The position numbers and the translations under genes were made by a program. A model generated the notes under the pieces. That model was given only the letters and a program-made list of their open reading frames with translations, had not been told where the DNA came from and ran no database searches. From Candidatus Saccharimonadales bacterium (GTDB lineage: Bacteria; Patescibacteriota; Saccharimonadia; Saccharimonadales; 2-12-FULL-41-12): a DNA stretch of 64,000 bases. How positions within the stretch are numbered: position 1 is the stretch's first letter; every line of letters starts with the position of its first letter. Shown here one piece after another: positions 25,654 through 33,417 of this stretch. The DNA is taken from positions 609,701 through 673,700 of the forward strand of contig JBFIJM010000001.1 of the NCBI GenBank assembly GCA_041600715.1, in the 5' to 3' direction.

Positions 25654-26655
25654 TTAACGTAGTGATATAACTACTTCGCCACTGTCTTTTTGACTGTCTT
25701 TTTGAGCTTGGCGAGCGATTGTAGCAACATCTAAATCATCGTTACTTGCATAATCTAGTATAGCAGGGGTAGTAGCAGTTGGCATAGATGCTTGTGCTTG
25801 ATTATCCTGTTGCTTATTTTCGTCCGTATAGTTTGGGTCAAGATCTACGGCGTAAGGATTCGTTGGCTGAATAGTATGCATACGATTTGTAGCGGTGTTT
25901 GTCTTTTGGGCCTTTAGCTTCTCTGTTAATTCGTCTTCATCAATCAGCAGATCATCGCTTTGAGCAATAGGTGGAGGTGTAAAACGAAGCGCAGGTTGCC
26001 TTATTGCCTCGAGAGGCTCTCCATGGCGTATTCTGTCGAGTTTTTCTAGGTTCTGTTGCTTCCTCATGTCTGTACTTTGTTGAAGCATAATTTCCAGCCC
26101 AGTAGACGATGTCCCGTCCATAACATCAGGGACGGTATTGAGGTCAATAATTGGAACTGCTTGCGGTAATGACGATGCATTGACCAATCTATCACTGGTT
26201 AGCACAGGTGCACTAGCGCCCATCTCTGCATGTTTTACAGCCCATCCCCGGCTGTCTATTGTTTCTGCAAGTGCTTTAAGTCGGCTCTTAACTTCTGTTT
26301 GATCAAGTCCATCTGTGAGCATTTTTTCTTCTTTTTTGGGAGCGGTGATAGTCACCAGTTCTTCCATCCCGCTCTGATCCCAAATACGTTTTTTTGGCAT
26401 CAATCTAAATCTTAGTTTAGCTAGAACCCACACCTCAGTAGACTGTTCTTTACTCCAGGGTATAGCTAAAAATAAGCCAAGTATCATCGGTGGAGCAAAA
26501 ATTACTAAAGCTACCGGGAAACCGCGTACAACCGCAAAGAAGCTTAAGTAGCCAAAGAATATGCCGATAGCCCCAAATATAAATTGTTTGAGTGTCAACG
26601 GCCCTAGGAACTTGTCCTCTGCCTCAATATCCTGAATTACTTTATACGTCGCCAT
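25654..26655 (-). CDS. PrgI/VirB3-like T4SS membrane protein with a long C-terminal extension
   Basis: Start set at MATYKVIQDIEAEDKFLGPLTLKQFIF, a typical PrgI-family N-terminus. Two TM helices are followed by about 230 aa of soluble sequence. Confidence 0.65.
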   Translation of the reverse strand: MATYKVIQDIEAEDKFLGPLTLKQFIFGAIGIFFGYLSFFAVVRGFPVALVIFAPPMILGLFLAIPWSKEQSTEVWVLAKLRFRLMPKKRIWDQSGMEELVTITAPKKEEKMLTDGLDQTEVKSRLKALAETIDSRGWAVKHAEMGASAPVLTSDRLVNASSLPQAVPIIDLNTVPDVMDGTSSTGLEIMLQQSTDMRKQQNLEKLDRIRHGEPLEAIRQPALRFTPPPIAQSDDLLIDEDELTEKLKAQKTNTATNRMHTIQPTNPYAVDLDPNYTDENKQQDNQAQASMPTATTPAILDYASNDDLDVATIARQAQKDSQKDSGEVVISLR

Positions 26656-26713
26656 AATAAAAAACCACAAGGTTATCATTAACCCTTGTGGTTATTATAG
26701 CATTCGAATTTGG

Positions 26714-27673
26714 TTAATCGTCAGCTTCTTCGCGACGACGCCTCTCGGCCTCTAGTTCAGCTATTCGGCTATCGATCCGTTCTAAACGGAGCTCTTCTCT
26801 CTCTTCTCGTTTTTCCGCGACAGTTCTACGGGTTTTACGAACTATTTCAGATACTGGCTGTTGCGCACGCACAGAGTTATAGGCTGAGCCAGTGCGCTCA
26901 CGACGCACTCTTTTACGTACAGCCTTTGGTGTAGTATATTCTGTGTCTTTTTTCATAATCTCTACATATTGTTCGGTAGTTATGGCTCCCGATTTATATG
27001 CCTCGACTGCTTCATTACGTTCGTCGCGACTTAAAGCGCTTCTATCATTAATCATTTGGCGTCTTTCAACAGCTGAAATATCGCCATCTTTATATTGGTG
27101 ACGGGTGGCACTCCATCGCTTTACTCGGTTTACTCGAGTAGCAATACCGGCTTTTTTCCCTAAGCCAATATTCACTCCGTATGTTTTCTCGGCATACTCT
27201 GATTTTTTCTGACGCTTATCTTGGCGCATTAAGCGACGCGCTGATAGTGAATCCCTTATATGGGTCATGATACCAGCGCTAGCAATATCGAACTCAACTG
27301 AGCTGTCGTTTTCATCCGCTCTCTCAACTGCATCTTCAATTTTCCCAGCATTTTTTCTGGCTAATTTACCCATAAGTGGAACTACAGTAAGCTTAGCGGT
27401 AAAACTTTCGCGAGGCCGAATCCCCGGTTCCTCGGCTTCGGGGTCTGTTACAACCCTACGGCCAGATACCTCAGATGTGTCAATTAATCCTTGAACTCTT
27501 TGGGCTTCCAGGTTGTCGATATCACTTATCGTTGCGTCGTGCCTATCAAGCCTTTCAAGAGACCTTTCAGCTTGCTGAGCGAGTGCCGATAGTTCATCGT
27601 CCAGAGCCTTGCTACCGAGCCCTTCGGTTGCTGGCGGAATTTCGGGATTACTTCGACGAAAAGGATTTTCCAT
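26714..27673 (-). CDS. Hypothetical highly charged (Arg/Glu-rich) soluble protein in the T4SS operon
   Basis: 319 aa with no TM helix. Coiled-coil-like C-terminus (EKREEREELRLERIDSRIAELEAERRRREEADD). Confidence 0.45.
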   Translation of the reverse strand: MENPFRRSNPEIPPATEGLGSKALDDELSALAQQAERSLERLDRHDATISDIDNLEAQRVQGLIDTSEVSGRRVVTDPEAEEPGIRPRESFTAKLTVVPLMGKLARKNAGKIEDAVERADENDSSVEFDIASAGIMTHIRDSLSARRLMRQDKRQKKSEYAEKTYGVNIGLGKKAGIATRVNRVKRWSATRHQYKDGDISAVERRQMINDRSALSRDERNEAVEAYKSGAITTEQYVEIMKKDTEYTTPKAVRKRVRRERTGSAYNSVRAQQPVSEIVRKTRRTVAEKREEREELRLERIDSRIAELEAERRRREEADD

Positions 27674-27722
27674 GACTAAATACTATCATAAAAGCTGAGT
27701 AAAGTCAAGCCATGGTTTACGG

Positions 27723-29645
27723 CTATGGTCCGGTTGGAGGAGGGCCGCCAGCCGGGGGGCCACCAGGTCCAGGCGCTGGTCCAGGTCCAGGCGCTGGTCC
27801 GCCACGTGCGCCCTGAGGTACATCTTGATCGTAAACGCGCGCTAGTCGAGAAAGCTCATTACCAGATATATTAGTAGCTACCGTAGCAGCACCAGGAGGT
27901 GCTGGCCCTCCAGTAACAGGTCGACCGCTTGCAAGGTTGGCGAGCTGTTCATCTATTGAAGCTGGGCTATCAAACTGAACGCCTAGCGCCTCAAGGCGAG
28001 TGTTTATTTGACGTTGATTATCACCACTAGCACTTGTCTTATTCTTTTGAAACTCAAGTAATCTTGTAGCACCAAGTACTCGTTCGTTAGAATCAGAACT
28101 GTTTAAGAGGCGTTCTGCAGTATCGAGTTGACTCGCAACTTGAGCGGTGTGACCTTGAAGCATTTTAGGCACCTCGGTTCTTCCCATACCATCAATAGTA
28201 GTTAGATCATTGCGTGCCTCAGTTAGACCGACACCATGTCGAGCCGAGTAGTTAGCGATGTCTTGAGTGCTAATATCCATGTAATTTCCACCTAAATCTG
28301 CGCGACCTCCTTCACGAGAAAAGTACTGATTGCTATATGCAAGCCCTCTTGCTTCTGACTCATTACTGCCAGCAAGTCGTGTAATACCTGTCTGTACGAT
28401 ATCTGCTCTATTAGCATCAACGGCTCGCCACTTGTTTTGAGCCGAAGTTTGTAACGCTGCAGCGGCGTTCTCACGACTAAATCCTACTGCTGAAGCAGCA
28501 GACATCGCTCTTTCAGCCCTGACTGCATTGTAGTTTCCAGCAGAGTCAGTAAACAAATCTCTTGCAGCATCTCTGGCTCCTGACTTAGTTCCTCCGCTCA
28601 AAGCGAGCAGGTTGTTAGCGTCATCGTTGTTTCTCAGTTCATAAAGCCCAGGGTTAGCTTTAAGAGTTTCGTTTACATTAGCTCCTGTTGCTATCCCAAG
28701 TGCTGCTTTTCCTTGGTCTCCAAAACCATACCTCCCTTGAGCACCGACTGCCCTCCTCCGTCCGAATGAATTGTAGGCTCTGCCAAGTCCCCTGTTTTTA
28801 AACCCGCCCCTATCAAACTTTGATCTGCGATCTGCGGTTGCTTGTTGTAATCCTGCTCCACGCTTCTTCTGAATACTGTCTCTGCTACGTGCTGTGGCGC
28901 CATGGGCGGCATTAAAGACAGCTCCGATTGCTCCACCAGCTAGTTTAAAAGCGAAAGGAATAAGTACGAGTGGTGCGTAGACGACAAGAATGCCGGCTAT
29001 AATCTGCAGACCTGCCTGAGAATTGCTTGGTTCGGATCCAGCTTGGGCGAAATGTATTAGAGCTGAGGGGTTCAACATACTGGCGCTACCAGTAGCACCA
29101 CCGAGCAGTATTGTCCCCATGACATTACTCATAGCAAAGATAGAAGCAATGATTGGGTACACCATTAGTGTTTTAAGGAACAGATCCCACCATTGCTTAA
29201 AGTATTTTTCTGTACCAGGCAGTACGAAGCATGCAATCGCAACAGGAGAAATAATGGTTAGAAATACAATGAGACCTTGTCGTATAATCAAAGTGAAGAG
29301 CACCGCTAGAGCTACAAGTGCAATAATCATAAGTAGTGGGAAAAGCGAACCAAGGAGCGCTAATACACCGGCTCCAGCTAGAGTGGTCTTAAGCAAGGCC
29401 AGGACGGCTATAGTTAAAAATCCACCCATAACAATATTGCTTGTAGCCGTTGATATTTCCTGTGTATCAACCATAATCTTGCCACTCTCTGGTGCAAACG
29501 GCGAATACAGTAGATCGCCCAATCCTTGTCCTAGAATGTTCGTAAGGTCTAGAGCAATAGCACAGAGGTATATAGAAAGATTTATTCCAATAACCGCTAA
29601 CACAATGCGCGGAACAGCCTTACGAATTGTATATGCGTCCAACAT
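27723..29645 (-). CDS. VirB6/TrbL-like polytopic T4SS membrane protein with a large C-terminal domain and Pro/Gly tail
   Basis: 640 aa with about 6-7 TM helices. TrbL-type segment RQGLIVFLTIISPVAIACFVLPGTEKYFKQWWDLFLKTLMVYP. C-terminus GGPAPGPGPAPGPGGPPAGGPPPTGP. Confidence 0.7.
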   Translation of the reverse strand: MLDAYTIRKAVPRIVLAVIGINLSIYLCAIALDLTNILGQGLGDLLYSPFAPESGKIMVDTQEISTATSNIVMGGFLTIAVLALLKTTLAGAGVLALLGSLFPLLMIIALVALAVLFTLIIRQGLIVFLTIISPVAIACFVLPGTEKYFKQWWDLFLKTLMVYPIIASIFAMSNVMGTILLGGATGSASMLNPSALIHFAQAGSEPSNSQAGLQIIAGILVVYAPLVLIPFAFKLAGGAIGAVFNAAHGATARSRDSIQKKRGAGLQQATADRRSKFDRGGFKNRGLGRAYNSFGRRRAVGAQGRYGFGDQGKAALGIATGANVNETLKANPGLYELRNNDDANNLLALSGGTKSGARDAARDLFTDSAGNYNAVRAERAMSAASAVGFSRENAAAALQTSAQNKWRAVDANRADIVQTGITRLAGSNESEARGLAYSNQYFSREGGRADLGGNYMDISTQDIANYSARHGVGLTEARNDLTTIDGMGRTEVPKMLQGHTAQVASQLDTAERLLNSSDSNERVLGATRLLEFQKNKTSASGDNQRQINTRLEALGVQFDSPASIDEQLANLASGRPVTGGPAPPGAATVATNISGNELSRLARVYDQDVPQGARGGPAPGPGPAPGPGGPPAGGPPPTGP

Positions 29646-30493
29646 TATTGATCGCTCCTAGCCTGCGCATAAACAACTGCCAACAGCGTACCTATCAATA
29701 TAATATTCCCAAGAATCCTAAATTGTTTCCAGGCTTTATATGAGTCATCATTGGAATTGGTGCTAACAGGCACATCAGAAAGCAGTGGCTGAACAAGATC
29801 CTTAAACACAAAATCCGTCATATTCATGCCAAGTTCCAGCATAGGGCAAATGATCCAAGTAAGCGGTGTTCCAGTGGCGCGACACGGATCTTCTTTTGTG
29901 CTAGGGTCATTAGCAGTGGCTGAAGCTCCTTCACCAGACTTAGTAGGTTGGCTTGTTTTTATGGAATCTATTGTCTTCTGACAAGAGTCAACATCCGCTT
30001 GCTTAAAGCTCCACTTACCTCCTCCTACTTCCTCGAACATTGTTGAACTGCACCCGAGAGGAGAAAGGTAGTTCTGTAATGACTCGCAAATTTTAAATTC
30101 AATCCCCTTAACCTCATTACAGTTCACTGTGATTTTATCTAGATGTGCTTGCGCGCGTCTTGCGACCTCAGTATTATTATTTATTTTCGTTTGACAATCA
30201 TCGATACCTGTCTTTTTAGCGTTCCATTTTTTATTTGATCCCTCCGCAAACATCTTGTCCGTACAGTTTGCATATGTATTTAGTTGACCTTGATAACCTT
30301 CGCACTTTTTCCATGTACCACTGTTTCTGTTCATTTCTTTGCACTCACTAGTGAGTGCATCAAGAATACTTTGTAGTTTAGGGCTACCTGCATTAACCGC
30401 AGCAGGAGGGACTAAAAAGCTTAGTGAAAGCAACATAATGCCAGCTATTAGCACAATGCGATGCAAAACGAGACTAAATTTCTTTTTGATCAT
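29645..30493 (-). CDS. Secreted Cys-rich protein with an internal duplication and a C-terminal TM anchor; first gene of the T4SS operon
   Basis: 282 aa with a signal peptide. Two homologous modules: KCEGYQGQLNTYANCTDKMFAEGSNKKWNAKKTGIDDCQTKI and ICESLQNYLSPLGCSSTMFEEVGGGKWSFKQADVDSCQKTI. Its stop overlaps the ATG of the VirB6-like gene. Confidence 0.55.
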   Translation of the reverse strand: MIKKKFSLVLHRIVLIAGIMLLSLSFLVPPAAVNAGSPKLQSILDALTSECKEMNRNSGTWKKCEGYQGQLNTYANCTDKMFAEGSNKKWNAKKTGIDDCQTKINNNTEVARRAQAHLDKITVNCNEVKGIEFKICESLQNYLSPLGCSSTMFEEVGGGKWSFKQADVDSCQKTIDSIKTSQPTKSGEGASATANDPSTKEDPCRATGTPLTWIICPMLELGMNMTDFVFKDLVQPLLSDVPVSTNSNDDSYKAWKQFRILGNIILIGTLLAVVYAQARSDQ

Positions 30494-30645
30494 AAAGTAT
30501 TTGAATTCCTTCTCTTATCATAAAACAATTATCATCAGAAGTTAAATAGAAACATAAGCAGTGACCCCTCTCTTGAAAAAACAGGGGCTACAATGCATAC
30601 TAAATAATAATGATTGGATATTAACTCAAGAATAAAATATAAAAA
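30494..30645. promoter_or_regulatory. Divergent promoter region between the T4SS operon and the pilin array
   Basis: A 152-nt AT-rich gap between divergent gene starts. Candidate TTGAAA (about 30571) with a -10-like CATACT 17 nt downstream. Assignment is tentative. Confidence 0.3.
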
Positions 30646-31389
30646 ATGCTACTACAAATACATAAGGCTAATAAGCCATCCATAATTTTAACTATTTTGT
30701 TAAGCATATTCTTAACCTCTTTAACGGTTGTATATTCAGAAAAAACCGTATCTGCAGGAACGCCTGCGACAAATTGCCGGATAAAGATAGACAAGAGCGG
30801 TTGCGAAAAACTACTAAAAGCTTGTGACAGTAAACCGGCAAATGAACGAACCACATGTAAGCGCAAGGCTACAGCAAAAAAAGACGATGTTTACAAAGCT
30901 TGTAGATCTAAGGAAGACCCCCAGTCATGTCACTCCAAATTAAAGTCAGGCTGTGCAGATAAACGAGGATCAGCATTAGAGTCATGCAAGAAGAAAACTG
31001 CTCAACCACTAGCAGGCCGATCAGCAGGCGCATCCACTAATACCGGTCAAAACTCTGGGACAGGATTTCCAAAGACTGAAAAAAACGGTAAATGTGGCAC
31101 GGGAGACAATGCCGTAGAGACTAATTTCGACTTTGGATGCTCGGGTACCGGTAACCCTATCCAGGATGTGGCCTATACTATTATTAGATTCTTATCAATT
31201 GGCGTTGGTATAGTTCTGGTGGCCTCCATAATATATGCGGGTATTATGTACAGTTCTTCCGAGGGAAGCCCAGAAGCTACTGCTTCTGCCAAGAAACGTG
31301 TCCAGAACGCCGTGGCGGGACTGATCTTCTATATGTTTATCTTCGCGCTTGTTCAGTACCTCGTGCCAGGAGGATTGTTTGCTCCGTAG
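30646..31389 (+). CDS. VirB2/TrbC-like T4SS pilin paralogue 1 with a long Lys/Cys-rich N-terminal domain
   Basis: 247 aa with a signal sequence and ten Cys in a K-rich region. C-terminal helix-loop-helix core IIRFLSIGVGIVLVASIIYAGIMYSSSEGSPEATASAKKRVQNAVAGLIFYMFIFALV. Confidence 0.65.
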   Translation: MLLQIHKANKPSIILTILLSIFLTSLTVVYSEKTVSAGTPATNCRIKIDKSGCEKLLKACDSKPANERTTCKRKATAKKDDVYKACRSKEDPQSCHSKLKSGCADKRGSALESCKKKTAQPLAGRSAGASTNTGQNSGTGFPKTEKNGKCGTGDNAVETNFDFGCSGTGNPIQDVAYTIIRFLSIGVGIVLVASIIYAGIMYSSSEGSPEATASAKKRVQNAVAGLIFYMFIFALVQYLVPGGLFAP

Positions 31390-31410
31390 CAAGCAAGGTA
31401 GAATAGCACC

Positions 31411-31797
31411 ATGAATATATTTTCTTCAGTTCCAGACTTTATCGTAGAAAAGATGCTTTATTTTGGCGCTTCATGTAGCGGAGGAAGTTTTTTGGGGCTA
31501 CCAACTTGGTACAAATACCTTGAGGGCGAAGGAAGCAAAGAAAACTGCTCACCAAAACTTACTGGGCTCGACGATATATGGCTAATTGTACTGGCGATCA
31601 TCGAAATCCTGCTCCGCATAGCAATTATCGTGGCGATTGTATACGTCGTTCTAGGGGGTATAAAGATGATTACTTCAAGAGCGAACCCGGATAAAATCCA
31701 ACAAGCACGTAACACCGTACAGGACGCACTTATAGGCTTGGTTATAGCTATTGTTGCCACTGCTGTAGTTAGCTTTATAGCAGGGAGTATTTCATGA
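31411..31797 (+). CDS. VirB2/TrbC-like T4SS pilin paralogue 2
   Basis: 128 aa. GLPTWYKYL...C motif, then the core AIIVAIVYVVLGGIKMITSRANPDKIQQARNTVQDALIGLVIAIVATAVV. Confidence 0.7.
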   Translation: MNIFSSVPDFIVEKMLYFGASCSGGSFLGLPTWYKYLEGEGSKENCSPKLTGLDDIWLIVLAIIEILLRIAIIVAIVYVVLGGIKMITSRANPDKIQQARNTVQDALIGLVIAIVATAVVSFIAGSIS

Positions 31798-32090
31798 ACA
31801 TGCTTAGTTTTATGGCACAAGGAGTGAAAGCTCCAAAAAGTAACGACTTTAGCTTACCGCAAGTAAAAGCCGGAACATCACAAGTTGAGTCAATTTTAAC
31901 AATCGTTTTTGGTGCGGCCGCAGCAATAGCAATACTGGTGATAATTGTCGCCTCGCTCAATATCGCTACTGGTGGAGGTGATCCTGACAAAATTTCTAGA
32001 GGCAAAAAAACAATTATTTTAGCGCTTGTCGGTTTAGCAATTGCGGTATCAGCCGAGATCATCGTGCTGACAATATTAAATAGGATTTAA
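31794..32090 (+). CDS. VirB2/TrbC-like T4SS pilin paralogue 3 (short, no Cys pair)
   Basis: 98 aa. ATGA overlap with the preceding gene. Core AIAILVIIVASLNIATGGGDPDKISRGKKTIILALVGLAIAV. Confidence 0.65.
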   Translation: MNMLSFMAQGVKAPKSNDFSLPQVKAGTSQVESILTIVFGAAAAIAILVIIVASLNIATGGGDPDKISRGKKTIILALVGLAIAVSAEIIVLTILNRI

Positions 32091-32094
32091 TTTT

Positions 32095-32496
32095 ATGAAT
32101 AGATTTTTAACCCTTCCCCTACTCTCAGTCTTAGCTCTATTCTCATTGGTGATTGTTGCGCCAACGATAGCAAACGCTCAAGTGTTTAATGATGTGTGTA
32201 GTAAAGCGCCAAATAGTACCGTGTGTAAAGAAGTAAAAGCTCAAGAATCAGGTAACAAGAACCCATTATTCGGTCCTGATGGTGTTATTACATTCATTAT
32301 TAACCTTATGTCGGCGATTGTCGGAATAGCATCCGTCATTATGATTATTCTTGGTGGACTAAAGATGGTTACCTCTGGTAGTAACCCTCAAGACGTCGGT
32401 AATGCCCGTGAAATGGTCATCTATGCAGTGGTCGGTGCGGTACTCGCAGTGACTGCTCAGTTAATTGTACGTTTGTTTTTGGAGAAAATTGGGTAA
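32095..32496 (+). CDS. VirB2/TrbC-like T4SS pilin paralogue 4
   Basis: 133 aa with signal peptide ...APTIANA. Cys pair CSKAPNSTVC. Core IVGIASVIMIILGGLKMVTSGSNPQDVGNAREMVIYAVVGAVLAV. Confidence 0.75.
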   Translation: MNRFLTLPLLSVLALFSLVIVAPTIANAQVFNDVCSKAPNSTVCKEVKAQESGNKNPLFGPDGVITFIINLMSAIVGIASVIMIILGGLKMVTSGSNPQDVGNAREMVIYAVVGAVLAVTAQLIVRLFLEKIG

Positions 32497-32501
32497 TAAT
32501 A

Positions 32502-32909
32502 ATGAACATGAAACGCGCAAAATTATACTTATTAACCGCAGTGATTGCTCTGGCTTCATCATTTTCTCTAGCTCTCACCCCTATCACTTCAAGCGCCCAA
32601 GGATTATTTGACGCCGCAAAAAGCGACGCTTGTAAAGGTTCTCAGCTCACTCAATCTGCTACAAATTGTAGTGGTGCATCTCGAGAAGTAGATTCTTTGA
32701 TCAAGTCTATAATTAATATTCTAAGTATCGTTGTAGGTGTTATAGCCGTAATTATGCTGATCATTAACGGTTTAAGGTTCATAACTTCTGGCGGGGATTC
32801 GAACTCCATTACCTCAGCCCGAAATGGGGTTATATATTCGATCGTAGGCCTTATTATTGTTGCACTAGCACAAGTGATTATACGTTTTGTAGTTGGGAAA
32901 ACCGCCTAG
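32502..32909 (+). CDS. VirB2/TrbC-like T4SS pilin paralogue 5
   Basis: 135 aa with a signal peptide. Cys pair CKGSQLTQSATNC. Core VVGVIAVIMLIINGLRFITSGGDSNSITSARNGVIYSIVGLIIVALAQ. Confidence 0.75.
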   Translation: MNMKRAKLYLLTAVIALASSFSLALTPITSSAQGLFDAAKSDACKGSQLTQSATNCSGASREVDSLIKSIINILSIVVGVIAVIMLIINGLRFITSGGDSNSITSARNGVIYSIVGLIIVALAQVIIRFVVGKTA

Positions 32910-32982
32910 CGAAGAGCCCCATTGTCACAAGAGGTATATCTGTGGTATAAAAAAGTAAGAATATAAGAAAGGTAATAATAAA

Positions 32983-33396
32983 ATGATTAAAAAATTAAAG
33001 ACAATCTTAACTTCTGTAATGGCACTTGCTTTACTTGCTACCCCATTGGCTGTAGCCGGTACTGCGTACGCCGCAGATCCTAATATCGAGAAAGGTCTCT
33101 GTCAAGGCGCTGAGTTGCAGTTCGGTAGTGGCGGTAACTGTAAAACAAATGCCTCTGAAAACGAGCTGAACACCCTGATTGAGAATATCGTTAATATCTT
33201 TTCTGTAATCGTCGGTATCGTAGCTGTGATTATGATCATCATCGGTGGCTTTAGATACATAACCTCTGGTGGCGATTCAGGCAATGTAACTGGCGCCAAG
33301 AATACAATTCTGTATGCAATCGTCGGCTTAGTCATCGTCGCATTAGCTCAGTTCATCGTTAAGTTCGTACTTAGCCAGTCTACAAGCCTTACATAG
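32983..33396 (+). CDS. VirB2/TrbC-like T4SS pilin paralogue 6
   Basis: 137 aa with signal peptide ...AGTAYA. Cys pair CQGAELQFGSGGNC. Core IVGIVAVIMIIIGGFRYITSGGDSGNVTGAKNTILYAIVGLVIVALAQ. Confidence 0.75.
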   Translation: MIKKLKTILTSVMALALLATPLAVAGTAYAADPNIEKGLCQGAELQFGSGGNCKTNASENELNTLIENIVNIFSVIVGIVAVIMIIIGGFRYITSGGDSGNVTGAKNTILYAIVGLVIVALAQFIVKFVLSQSTSLT

Positions 33397-33417
33397 ACAG
33401 AAATCAAGAGACCCAAA

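Noticed and set aside
27723-27800. Tandem DNA repeat GGTCCAGGCGCTGGTCCAG x2
   Set aside because: It encodes the Pro/Gly low-complexity C-terminal tail (PGPAPGPGPAPG) of the VirB6-like protein. It is a coding low-complexity region, not an independent element.
29023-29661. 212-aa plus-strand ORF, and other antisense ORFs of 100-146 aa (for example 21263-21703, 7770-8129, 45843-46202, 38321-38632)
   Set aside because: All lie fully inside well-supported genes on the opposite strand and have low-complexity or Ser/Arg-rich translations typical of antisense frames.
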